Shown here one piece after another: positions 48,752 to 61,573 of a DNA stretch of 64,000 nt; the stretch's first letter is position 1, and each line of letters opens with the position of its first letter. Origin of the DNA: Amphiscolops sp. MND2022 (Eukaryota); NCBI GenBank assembly GCA_964187785.1, contig OZ076414.1, forward strand, positions 47,864,001 to 47,928,000, read 5' to 3'. Below the pieces are notes generated by a model. It did no database searches. It worked only from the letters and a program-made list of their open reading frames with translations, and was not told the DNA's origin. Made by a program: the position numbers and the translations under genes.

Positions 48752-49966
48752 TGGTGACAGGAGTCCCGAACCCACGACCACCAGGATCGCGAACAACACC
48801 ACCCAGCGGAACACCAAGGAGTGACGAAAATATTCCGCAGATAGCAGATGTGATGACGGAAATCCACCATCTCCGCAGTACAATGGGGGAAACCTTGACT
48901 CAACCAAAAATCCTGCAGACCCAAGTACCTCTATTCAAAGGAAATCGAGACAAATACAATGAATTCGAGCATTTATTGCTCAACCACTTACAACCACATG
49001 CCCACAAACTCACTGAAGAACAAAAACTCAACTACTTTCTTAGTCTTCTCAGGGATGACGCAATTGAGTTTTGGCAAACCTTGACAATCACAACAGAAAC
49101 GACACTGAGAGATATACTGACGGCATTCAAAAAAGAATACGCCAATGAAGAACTCTCAGAAGTCTCGAAGTTCAAATTCGACCAGCTACGATACGATCCG
49201 ACCACCGAGTCATTCAGTACCTTCCTCGCCAATTACAAAAAAGATTGCCAAACAAGCCTACGGCGAAAAGGCACAGGAAATTGTCCAGACCTTCCTATTT
49301 GCCAAATTACCGATCCAGCTCCAAAACGAACTGGCAATTGCAGGAAAACACAAAACCAGCATTGAAGACATCAAAACATTCGTCCAGAGAAGATGCCAAT
49401 ATGCCCAGTTACTGCCAAATCAACAACTTCTCCAACCGTTCAACCAAGCTATCCAGACACAAGAAGTCCCAAACAAGCCAGTTGTTCAGAAAAGAAACGA
49501 AAACGAACGACCAACAATCAAAAAGAAATTCGATGGCAATTGCAGATACTGCGCAATTTACGGACACAAATGGGCTGAGTGCCGAAAACGACTGCGTGAC
49601 GAAGCAGCGGGCAACAACAACTCACAAGCACAGAAAAAGCCCGAACAGCAAAACAACAACGCAGAAACACAACCAAAATACAATGCCAAACTGGTCTGCC
49701 AAATTTGCGGTTATACAGGTCACTCCGCAAAAGACTGCCGTTACAGAATACCCCAAACCTCCGCCTACGGAAGCGTGCCATACACTAGGCAAACCACAAC
49801 TGAAAACAGGGACTTCCGATGTGACTTCTGAAGAGCACACAACTAGCCTTACCCAGCAATTGAAATGAACGAACTTGCACCAGGGGACCAACAACAGCAA
49901 ACCAGTGACGACTACTACCAACAGGAATTCACCGAAGGATCATCCAACCAGCCAAAAAACTTCTGA
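48430..49966 (+). pseudogene. gag: Gypsy B gag
   Basis: Homologous to A gag; CRYCAIYGHKWAEC and CQICGYTGHSAKDC; frameshift plus premature TGA (49829) and TAG (49844); ends PKNF* after A-AAA-AAC. Confidence 0.92.
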
Positions 49967-51082
49967 AGCCACGTCATCCGACTGACTATTACAATAACAA
50001 AGTGCGCAACATGAACAACTACTACTATACAAAGAACTACAAAAACCGGGCAACTGATCTTCGGCAGGATCAGAAACCTATGACTACAACTACCCACGAA
50101 ACAACCAATAACAAAGCGAACCCTCCCTCCGAACCAACGGACGTGAACTTACAAACGACAGAAGACAAACAGCACTCTAACTTGACTACAACGACTGACT
50201 GTACAAGGAAAACAATGAACCGGAAGAAAGACGTGGCGATCCAGGTGTTAACAGCAGCACTCCAATTAAACAAAAAGGACAAGATGTTGTACGTCCCATT
50301 GCAATTCCGAGAATACGAGAACCACGGACTCCTCGACACAGGAGCAATAAGAAGTGCAATGTCAGAGGACGAACTCAGACGAATCCTGTCTGCACACCCA
50401 GCCGCACTTCTCGAAGAGTACCCAGCACTGGACTTCAAAGTCCAAATCGCAAACGGAAGCATCGTCCCAGTCCGGAAACAGGTACTACTTCGCTTCTTCA
50501 TCGGAGGTAAAGTATTCGAGGAAACCTTCATGATTCTTCCAACCATGGGTAACATCTTGATCGGAATGTCATTTTTCAAAAAGTATTCAGTGACACTTGA
50601 CCTTGCCAACAACGTAGTCAAATTCCCGGACATTACCCTGCAACTAAAACCAGAAAGAGGACGATACAAAATCCAGATGATCGAACTACGAACGACACAG
50701 AAAACAGTCATACAACCGGACCACCAAATCATTGTCCCCGTCCTAGCAGAAAGGGACCTCGGGACAATCCAGGGCACAGTGGAAACCTTTCCTGCCTTCG
50801 AAAGGAAGACACAATTACTGGTGTCCCCCGCCCTAACGCAAATCACTGAGAAGAAAAGCCATGTCCAGATCACCAACCTCACCTGCCATACAATTACCCT
50901 CAACCCGAACACGACAGTGGCCACCTTCAAGATAATGACTCCCAACCAAGATAAAAACCTACAACCGATGTCAATCGAACAATTGACACTAATAACCAAA
51001 TACCCGGACGAAGCCAACAACGTACTGAACCAGCTGTTCCAGGAACCCGGCACTGAAACCAACCGCAGATGGTACCCAACCC
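49954..51082 (+). pseudogene. pol: Gypsy B pol 5' part (protease), cut at the inversion
   Basis: -1 frame from the slippery site is open into LLDTGA; ends ..RRWYPT. Confidence 0.92.
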
Positions 51083-51372
51083 GGGTATTGATCTTTTTTG
51101 GCTGGGAAACACGACTGCTTTCTTTCTGCTTCTTGTAATTAGCATTTGATATCTGGTGGAAGTAAGTCCAAAATATGGTTCCTTGAATGTCCAGTATTAC
51201 TCGAGTAAGACTGTTTGATGGGGAGGTCAGGTATCCATTGTATATTGGAATAAGTGATCAGTCTATAACAACAATAAATGGAAGAATGAGCTTTTGCAGT
51301 CGTGTCTTCGTCGCCGATTATTATTTCCCCAAAGAGTTTCAGTTATTTCCTTTGCCCCTTGCGCGATCCAAT

Positions 51373-54300
51373 ATGTCTGATCATGAGGCAGGTCAGTCCT
51401 TTGATCCCGGTTTAGCTGATTTAGTCGCTGAAGTGGAGAATCAGATGGCCGGAGAGGGGGCTCAGCTAGGTGGAAGTGGGGGCGAGCTGGAGTTATCAGG
51501 ATTATTGCTGGAGACTAGTTACTGCTGTCAGTTTGCGGCTCGTGTATCCTCTGCTAATATCGCTGGTTGAGGCGATTTATTGGATGTCGTTCTCTCCCAG
51601 GAATTTGGTAAGTGCGCACTTTGTATATTGTTCTACTGTCAGTGGTATATCTAAGGCGTAAAGGAGATTTTAGTCTTTCTTTCAAGTTTGCATTCTTTCA
51701 AGTTTTAGTCCCGTAATGTTAGGGAGTGTCGGGCATAGCATTTTGAACAGGGCGTTCTCGTGTTTGTAGCTGATGTCAACATGTCCGACGTGGTCAGGTA
51801 TTTACGTCGCTTTCGTGCTTCGATAGCCGCTGGAACTGCTGAGGCTCCTGAGACAGAGGCGCCGCCCATCCTTCGTCGACTGGATGCCTTTCTGACATCG
51901 CATCTTGGTAGGTGAATTCGCGGTTACTGTGAAGCTAGGTTATCTGCTGGGGGGGTCTTTTGGTTCTTTTGCTGTTCAATACCAATGCATGCAGTATACG
52001 GTTGCTGTTCTATAACCAGGTGGTGATAGGTGCCTTCAGTCGTTAGGTCCAAAGTAGGTGCTGTGAACTGTGGGTTACTTTGCAGATGCCAACGTTCGAG
52101 CTGATGTCGTTGTGGGGCAATTCACTGAATTGTTTCGTCGTGTGGAACGGGAAATTCAGCAGTGGGTGAAGGCTGCAATTGAGTCTAGTTTGGGCCGGCT
52201 AGGGACAGTGGGTGCTCTCGCTGTCGAAGAATTCCTGGACAAATTGAAGGAAGCGTTGCGAGAACTGGGTCAAGCTCCTGTCGTTCCCCGTGGTGGTGAG
52301 ACTTCTTCTCTACCACGTTCCGTAGCTGGAAGCATCTCTGGTGTGGACGATCGTCGTGCGGCAATGGAATCTGATGTGCCGTCTGCGTTTGGAGAAAAAA
52401 GCGTCGTTGCCTCCACATCAAAGCCTGGTAAGAACTCTCAAAAGATCATGTGAGGGGTTTTAGTTTTAAGTGGTAAAGAAATAAGAAATGTATATGACGT
52501 ACTACTAATGATTAAGGACAAACACGTTTTTTTTTCGAAAGTTTTTGAGGTTTTGCCTGGATAGTGGTGCTATGTGAGTTGTGTTGTGTGTTAGCAGGAC
52601 GGAAGCGAGCTATCAAAACGCTGAAACCATCATTCTTCGTTTCTGGGGTCGTGGGGACCTTCGTTGGTTTCCCCCGAAACAAACGTGTGGTGGACGGGTT
52701 CGCAAGGTGTCGTCTAAGCCGCGTTGATTTAAGTATTGCCGGACGCAAGCTACACAACTTGTGGGATCACTGGAAGGGGCGAGAGCACACTAGTCTTGAG
52801 CAGCGCTTCCGCATCATGTCTAACAGGCCTCTATTGGACAAGTCCTGTAGGCCCGTGTCATTGGACGAGGACCGGAGAATTCGGGCAGCCAGAGTGTCAG
52901 AGCCACCTGTCATTCTGGAGTCGGAGGTGAAGCTGACTGTGGAAGAGCGGATTGCGGTCGAAATAGAAGAGGAGGCAGCTGGTTTGAAACCCGAGTTGTC
53001 GGAGTCCAGTGCTTCATACCTCTGGCTATGCTGTTTTATCAATAACTTTGTTGAACTGAAGGACTTTTCAAGCGTTGTGCGGTCCATAGAAGTGTGGTCC
53101 AGTAGCATGCGGGGCGAGCTGGTTTTCAGTGAGAGGGTGCTATCATACCCGAAATGTCAGGTAATACATGTTTTGTTCGTCTTTTTTTTGTGTTCGTGAA
53201 TGTTGGTTTTTGTCTGCTAGTTCGTGTATGCAGTTGCTTACTGTTTTCGTTGGCAGTACTTGCTGAGAAGTGTCACTGTTGTATGTTAGTTGTAGAGTCT
53301 TGTATTATACGGCCTGTATCCATTTGTCAAGGAGAAGCTGAGCGATCTACTCTCTGCTGGGGCGCAGTTTGGTTTGCACGTCCGTACCGATGGGTCGTTG
53401 AAGCGAGTGGATTGCCACATTTTTGACGCTTTGACAGTCAAGATGGTTGTGCTAGCTGCTATTCCTGAGGGTGGTGAGTGGGTACGCTCACTACTCAAGA
53501 TCGTTGTCTCTGTTCTGGCCTGTGTGGAGCCTCATGCGGGTCTGTGTGCTGTGAGTGTGGGGGAGAATCTGCGTCTTGGGCGTGCGTTAGCTAGCATCGC
53601 GCACCCAACCATACCTTTGGTTACTCGTTGTCTCGATGTGGACTGGCTGAAGGATTTGCTGCGGCGCACGTTTCTGCGAGAATTGAGTGGACCGGAACCT
53701 TTCTGCGTGTTAGAGTATTTCCAGTTCCGCTTAGCTGCCGTCATCGGTGGTTCGTCGTTTGACAATATGCCTAGGCTTCGAGAGGTAATTGATTATAAGT
53801 TTGTTAGCGCATTTTTTTTTCGGGACTGGTGTGAGTATGTGTGGTAATGTGTGGTCGTGGTCTGCTTTGTTCTAACTCGGTGCTGATTTTGTTTTAGTTC
53901 GTTCGTGGTGGTGCTGCGCGTTTCCAGGAGTTGTCGGCTCTGTGCACCGAACTTGTGGAGCGATGGGACGACCTCGGTGCCTACTTTGGTGTCCACCGGT
54001 CAAATACTGTGTCCGAAACGCGGAGTATAGCCAGTATGGAAACTCAAGTCTTCAACGATGCTTTGTCGAGGCCGCGATTTGCAGTTTTGAAATTTCTGGC
54101 AGAGATAGGTCAGTATAAGAGTTTTGAGTGTTTCTTGTGTACGGGTGTGTCGGTACTAGTTTTGTTGTAATTGTTGATTTGGGTGTTATCGACGTCTGAG
54201 TTGCTAGGGTGTGTAGTTTTTCGACATGTTGGTTGTGAATCGCCTGTGTGTTTCAGTTGTTGCAAAGTGTCCTCGTTTGTGTTCTGCTGGGCGAGATCGG

Positions 54301-55494
54301 AACTTGTGGTTCGAGCGGGAGTTGGCTGTTTTCCTTCGAGAGTTATTGTGTCTGGTTGTCGAACCCTCATCGTTACCACCTGATTTTGAAGTCCTCGCCG
54401 TGTTGAAGTTGCGACTGGGCGAGAGTAAACCTGTTGACAAGGCCCGGTTTCAAGTGCTGTTCGGCCAGTATTTCCGCTTCGACGTGGTCAGTCAGAAGCC
54501 TTTCTTTTATAAAGAAGTGCAGAATTTCTTCAGGACTGTGTGCGAGGCTTGTATTGGCGATTATGACCAAGGGTGGGTTAAGCACCTCAGCTTGTTGCTG
54601 CTGGATCCTTATGCTATTCAGTCGGTGTCAATGGATCGGCTGACGGACATCCTTGTGGGTACACTTTCTGTTCTCAGTTTTGGAGATCTATGCAGAGGAG
54701 ACCATGGTGCCATCATCTTACAGCAGTATAGCGAGGTAGTCAACTACTTCAAGCATCGATGGGAGTCCAATGCTTCGGTGGTGCCAGTTATTGACGATGC
54801 CATGTCTTTGTGGTTGTCATATCCTTCGTGGGACCGGTGCCAAGAATTCCGGGGCATTGTGGAGATTCTTTTTGTGAGAATGCTCCATGATTCGTATGCT
54901 GCTGATTTTCAAGATGTAGGAGGCACTGCCCTCGATGACAGTATCATGCTGTCAAGTTTGAACGTTATTCGAAGCTGGATGTCGAGTGGTTTCGGCGGGC
55001 ACTCTCGACGCTCGATGATTGGTTTCGTTAGACACTGTAGCACTACAGACATGCAGGTTTCTCGGTTAACCGATGAAGGCAGAGCTATTCCTTGGGACCA
55101 ATTGGTTAAGAGGGGGATTGACGAATCACTTGGGCGCTCTGTCACTGTTCTGGAGACGACTGGTGGTCTACCTACTCGCCCTGCCATTGACGATTATGTG
55201 TCTGCTGTTTGTAATCAGTTGCGGACAATTGAGTCAAGTCCAACTGCTCCCCGTCGGAGTCCTGTCAAATCAAGGCGTTCTGCAGCTCAAGCGCCGAAAT
55301 TACAATCCGAGGTCGTAGTGTCATCAACAGGTCCGATTGAGTCATCTCCGAAGCGCAAAGCGGTCAGTAGGACGTCAGGGGGCAATCACGGACAGAGGAC
55401 CGGTGGGAAGCCGGGCAAGAAAGGGAATCTCACTCTGGCTACCTTTGAAACTGAACCTGTACAAGCCAGCACTTTCACTAGAAGAAAGCAGTAA
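51373..55494 (+). CDS. 7-exon BED-finger / dead hAT-transposase-like gene, copy B (antisense to pol; on + only because of the inversion); near intact, 1072 codons
   Basis: Exons 51373-51607, 51770-51907, 52086-52427, 52595-53160, 53296-53784, 53898-54108, 54257-55494 (sum 3219 nt, in frame), phases 1,1,1,0,0,1. One premature TGA (51568) and a finger Cys>Ser (CRLS). Confidence 0.85.
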
Positions 55495-57340
55495 CGAGGG
55501 CGGTTCCAGCCGTTCTACAGAGTATTAGTTGGCAGAGGGACTTGTATTAGTATTCAGACTTTCCATATTTCTTTGTGTTTTCAGCTTTTTGTGTATTTAT
55601 TGAGTCCTGATATTGTGATTTGCTTTGTATGCTGCATTTTATTTTGGCCTGAGTAGGTTTTGCACTTTCTAGTAATTTAATTAGATGGTTTCAACCATCA
55701 TAGTACTCTTCTGTGTTTTTCCTTAGGACTGGACAGTTAGGACGTCACAAGAGGTTTTTCACTTGTTTTGCATGTGACAATTTCATTTTTTTTGTAGTAC
55801 ATGAAACCTAAAGTTGCATGGCTCTTTTGCTTGCTTTTATTGTTGTTTGTATGTACGTTTATGCATGATGCTGGACTGGCTTTGTCATTCTTAAGTGTGT
55901 GTATGGGGTAACCCATACTTCGCTATGGTTTCGAGTGGACTTACGCTCTAATTGTTACGGCGTCTTCAGTGAATTTTTTGAGGAAGTTCAATTTGGTTAT
56001 GGTTTTCACTGCGGTAACCACCAACATAAAAATTTGTTCACGCGTCAAGCTGTGCTGCGCATGGTACTCGAGAGCCAGGTTTTCATTTTCGTTGTTAGTG
56101 AAGGCTCGAGAACGGTAACGAGACATTTAGACCATGGCTTTCCAGTCCTTATCACCGCACTGCAAGGTACGTGACTGAGCAGTTTGTTCATTTCAATGAC
56201 GGAAATCTCAAGGAGTGTATCCTTGGTTTGATGCATGACTTTTTTGGTTTGCATGTAAGATTCAAGTTATAAGTCTTAGGGACTGTTTTGCATGTATTTT
56301 AGTGTGTTTCGATATATTACATGTAGCGGTCTGTGTACGCGACGTCATCATCGTTGATGTGTGTCCTGGGACGTCATCATACGTGATGTGTGTCGTCAAG
56401 ATCGCGAGTTCTTACATTATGTTAACTTCGGTGGTAGGAAATTTTTAGACTGAGATCTATGGGTGTGTGTGGATTTTAATACTAAGCAGAGGTTGGGGCC
56501 GCGTACTCCTGAATCTTTTCCCAAGCGAGGCGAAGCCTTCGCATATCTGGTTACTTTTAAGTTGCCGGGCATTCGTTGTTTTCTGGATTTGGTAAGTTCT
56601 TGTTCTTACCGGCGTTGTGTTATAGTCTATGGTTGGTTTGTTAATTTTGATGTTCAGTTCATTGGAAAAGGTGAATTCCCGTCGGAACCACCTATGCAAA
56701 ACTAACACGGAATCCAGTTGCTAAAGAGCAACCTTCACCTGTATGTTGACGACCAACCACACAAGCGCGCTTTTCGACGACGCACCCACATAGCCAGCAC
56801 TATGAGTTTAAGTCGAAATGGGTGGAATATTGGTTGTGTTGTCCTAACGTTTGCCAGGCAGCAGATCGTCACTGTTAGTTTGTTGCGTTTGTAGGGAACG
56901 TTGTTTTCGTTCACGTTTCGTTAGTTGTGTTTCGACAGTTTTCTAAGCGAAGTGTTTCGTTTCGATTGTTGATGTGGTAGTTTTGGTGCTAATTGAATAA
57001 ATTATCGTTCACACTTTGCGCGCTACGTGTGCTTCCGGGCCGCGGCGAGTGTTGTGATGATTGGCGTTTGCAGTCGTTGCGTTACCGTTTGTTTGCCTCT
57101 TACGTAGTGGTTGATGCTAAGTAATTAGACAACTCAAACAGTGTCGACGGAAGTGGATGGTCATTTAATCGTGTTAATTGGATTGTGTGCTAGGTGGTTC
57201 GGAATTTTCAATATTGTTTGTTGAGTACTGGTATGTTGGGGCGTAATTGTAAAACAATTACTTTTACGGTCAAGGAGCGAGACTGTTTATGACTGCTGTT
57301 AGCAGTCGTTGGTTTGAGAAATGCAATGAGGGATGGGTGT

Positions 57341-60300
57341 TTATAGGTTTCTGTTTTTCAGAAGTAACTGTTGAAGTGAAGGCGTTCCATGTAAATCGTG
57401 CATTAAGAAATCAGGGTACGTGGTAGGTTTTGGATTGTGTCTGAGCCCGTATCGAGACATGGTGTGTCGTGATGGCGCTGGAGGGCGGTCATTTGTTTGG
57501 TGTTCATTGTTGTTTGTGTCAGAATTGTTCATGCTAGCATTATCCGGTTGTGGTTCTTGTGTTTCAGCTTGGCTTTCAGGTATGGAGATAATTTGATCAG
57601 ATTCTATGTTTTGCCGTTCGTAGTAGATCATTCCATGGTCTGCGTGTAACTCTTCGAAGTTCGATTGTTCAGGTATTACTTGTTGTGGCTGTTCATGGAC
57701 ATGATCGGGTAGGTTATTGTCAAATAACTCCTGTTCGTTGAGGGCGTCGGGATCTTCGAAATATTGTGATGCATTGTCTTGAATGTCTTCGATTGGTGCG
57801 TTTGGCGTGAATGGGCGAAGCCTCATTCTGTGAACGCATTGGGTGCGAAGAGTGCCAATCTTACGTATGACGTAATTTGAATTTGACAAGACTTTGACCA
57901 CTTTGTATGGGCCTTCCCACTTGAATTCCTCGAATGGAATTTTTTCGGATTGTTGAGTCAGTCTTTTGTTTAGCAGAAAGGTGAAATCATTTACTTTCAG
58001 AGGTGAAGCTTGCGTTTTTCGGTCGTAGTAATTCTTGTATTTGTGAAAGGCTTCGATTATGTTGTCATGTGTTTGTTGGAAGTTTTTTGTTCATGTTATC
58101 TAGTATTCCAGTGACGTCAGTAGTGTTACGTTGTTCGGTTAATGGATTGCCAAATTTGACGTCAAGGGCATTGAACGGAACACGTCCGTGGAAAATTTCA
58201 GTGGGTGTGCATCGGATAGCCTGGTGGTAGGTTGTGTTATGGGCCATTACGGCCATGTTGACGTATTTGTGCCATTGTGGTGAATCAGCTGAGATGTTCA
58301 TTTTGAGAATTTGTTTCAGTTTTTGATGGGAACGTTCAACCATCCCAATCGTTTGTGCGTGTTTCACAGAGGCATGTTCGATTTTTATACCGGCAGACTC
58401 CATCAGGGAGTTGAGTAGTTGAGATGTGAATGTCGTTCCCTTATCAGTTAAGATTGATTTGGGTACATACGAGTGCTGCGTAAAGATTTGCATGAGTGCT
58501 TCCACGACCGACTTTGTGTCTGGTTTACGGATTGGTATTGCGAAGAAGTACCTAGAAAAGTAGTCGCATGCAGTTAGTATGTGTGTGAATCCGTTGGAAG
58601 ATGGGAGTTCACCGACTAGATCAATTTCTAGTATGTCTTCTGGTCCGTTGCAGGGGTCGTATATTTGTTGAAGTGGTGGTGTGATTGCAGCTTTTCGGAT
58701 TGGTTTTGAGCGGATGCAGTCCTGGCAGTTCGAGACGTATTGCAGTACCAGTTCAGAGAGGTTTGGTGAGTATTACCTTTTACGCAGTTCATGGAGCATT
58801 TTGTTACAACCAGGGTGACCTTGCAGAGAGTCGTCGTGCAGGGATTGAATGATTTTTCGAATGGTTTCAGGGGGAGTGACAATTTGTTTACACTTAATTT
58901 TACCTGTACCATCAAAAAAATTCCTGTACAAAACGTTGTTCACTACTTCAAGTCTTTTCTTGTTTTTAACTAATTTTTGGAAAAACTGACTTCCAAAGTT
59001 CACATGATTAGGAAGGGTTTCCTTTTGGTTCAAAACTCTAATCATGCGTCGGATGTCAAGGTTTACGAGTTGATCCTGGATGATTTGAAACTCCCCATTG
59101 GGGCATACCTGGTTTACCACGTTGTCATGAAGCTTTCGTATGAATCTGGTGAACGTCATCTCGTCATGTTGCCCTGTGATGATGGGTGTGATTTGATGAC
59201 GGATGGTTTCTATCCTCTCGAGAAACTGTCCACTCGATTCGTTGCTACACATGGGGACCTGGTCCAGGATGGCGTTGATGGCGCATTTTGTTTGGTTGTG
59301 GTAGTGTGTTGGTCATCAGGTATGTATTCTTCTTCTTCTTCTTCGTCCTGCTTGGGTGTTCTTGATGCCAGGTCGATCTCGACGTGGAAGACTGGTATCT
59401 CGTTGAGTTTGAGGTGGATTCTTTCCTCTGGTCGTATGTCAAGACGAGACAGGTAGTCTGCAGCAGGGTTCTCAGTTCCCGGAACATGGGCAAGTACGAA
59501 TTCGAATTGGAGCGTCTGATCGCAGTAATTCCATAGCTTCGGGGGAATCCGTTTAGACTGGAAAAATCGGGTCAGTGCTTTATTGTCCGTCATTACTATT
59601 GTTGGTTTTTTGACACCCCAGAGTATGTGTGCGAATTCGTCGAATGCGAAATGCATCGCCAGAAATTCCTTTGCGTACATTGTTAGGGACATTTGGCCCT
59701 CCGTGAATCGTTGGGATCCAAATGGTACTGGAGCGTACGTCTTCAGTGGTCCATCGTTTGTTTCAGTATAGTCTTCTATCAGGAGGACATATCCTGCCGC
59801 ATGCTCGCTGGCGTCGCACATTATAACAAGCTGTTTATCGGGTAACGGCAGACGCAGCGAAAGCTTCGCAGCTTTGGCAAGATTTTCGTTAATCTCGAAG
59901 ATGATGTCCTTGTGTTGCTGGGTCAACTGGAATTTGACGTCTTTTTGGAGTAGTTTCTACAGTGGGGTGAGTTTTTCTGCTAGGCGTGGTATGTACTGCC
60001 TGTAGAACTGGACAAACCCGATGTACCTTTGGAGGGATTTGATCGATGTGGGCAATTTGATCTTCTTGAGGAAGTCGTCGATCTTGTCTTCAAGTGGGGC
60101 GACACCCTTTGATGTGATGCTTCTCCCGAGGAAATCAATCTGTGGGTGGCCAAACGCACATTTTGACATCAACAATTTCAGTCCTGCTTTTTGGATTTGT
60201 TGAAACACGGCTTCAATGTTTGACAGTAGCTCATCTACAGTGTGGGCAGCAATTCCAATGTCGTCGACATATTGGGCTCATTTATCCGCTTTCACCACTG

Positions 60301-61031
60301 CATCAACGTATTCTCGCACCGTGCTGTTGAATGCTGATAGGGATCGGTTGAGTCCTTGTGCCAGTCGTAGATAAGCAAAAGTTCGACTTCCAAAATTAAA
60401 TGCCAAGGGTTGTATGGATTGTTCATCCGCCATCTGCAAACAGTGGTACGCCTGCGAGCAATACAGCTTGCAAAAGTACTTCTTCCCTGCCATGTGCTGA
60501 GGGCGTCGGCGATGGTGGTGACTGGATGATTATGTTGGTTTTAATCATTTTTCAAGAGGTGATTGATTCTGCGCAGGTCTACAAGAATGCGAAGTTTCCC
60601 ATTGGGTTTGCGCTGAGCAAATATTGGTGAGGAATACTTGCTGTACGGCAACGTCGTGATGATCCCGTACTCTTGCATCAGCGCTAGATCGACGAGCAGG
60701 TCATCTTTGAGGTTGGTGGGTGTAGGTAAGCTCTGCGCGTAGACTGGTTCATCATGCTTCGGAGTGAGTTTGATTTTGAAGTCAGTATTGATGCCTATGT
60801 CGAGGCGGTGTCTGGCGAAAACATTGTTGTACTTCACAAGGAGGTTCTCAATCTGTTGTTGTTCGTGCTCATTCAGGATTGAGTTTTCCCATTTGAAGTT
60901 GGCAAGGAACTCCTTGCGCTGTTGGTCGTCTGCTGTTGGGTCCAGTTTCTCTTCTTCACGGAGTTGAGTGATTTCGTCATATATCCGCCTTTCAATGCGG
61001 TTCAGCTTGGACGGGTCATCACATGTCTCCG
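57341..61031 (-). pseudogene. pol: Gypsy B pol 3' part (RT, RNase H, integrase), inverted
   Basis: ETCDDPSKLNRIERR..; FCKLYCSQAY; VIMCDASEHAAG; LQGHPG; TDKGTTF; GMVERSH. Confidence 0.95.
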
Positions 61032-61573
61032 TCTCATGTCTCATGTCTCATAATTTTAACAGTACAATCGATACCCAAAAAATACAGGACTAACGGTGCA
61101 AAAACAAAACATGGACCTATTTTCATCATTGTGGAAGAATGAGCAAAGCCAACGGTTGACAAACGAAGGTGAATACTCTCAAATTAAAGCGGGATCAAAT
61201 TTCAATTCAAACAGTAATTGACTCAACTGACTTTCACTATGGCAACACAACAAATCAATCAACTGCCGATGATTGATGAAAAGTTGCTTAAACAAACATT
61301 ACACTCAATGCGCACTACACGGATGACGTGGCTGTCAAACCGTTGCTATAAATAGACTTCAACTTCCGACTACCTACTATTTGCCTGCCTCACCTTGTCC
61401 ATTCACGCTTCCGAAAGTTTCCAGACGCTACATTGCCACCCACACGTTTCTCTATACCTTGCTCGCCACTTCAGCCGCTGCTCAATACTCAACTCAAGCA
61501 TCGCTACCTCTCAACTCGACCGTTCACCTTACCCATTACCCCTACAGCTTGCTCTTTCTCAAAAAGGGGGGAA

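Larger units (their letters stand above)
51083..61031 (-). other. ~9.95-kb inverted internal segment of Gypsy B
   Basis: pol breaks at WYPT|PETCDD (contiguous in element A) and resumes on the minus strand at 61031. Confidence 0.9.

Noticed and set aside
50070-51062. 330-aa minus-strand ORF (and similar shadow ORFs over gag/pol, e.g. 24891-25169, 58977-59456)
   Set aside because: Antisense shadows of retroelement coding sequence with biased composition and no recognisable motifs.
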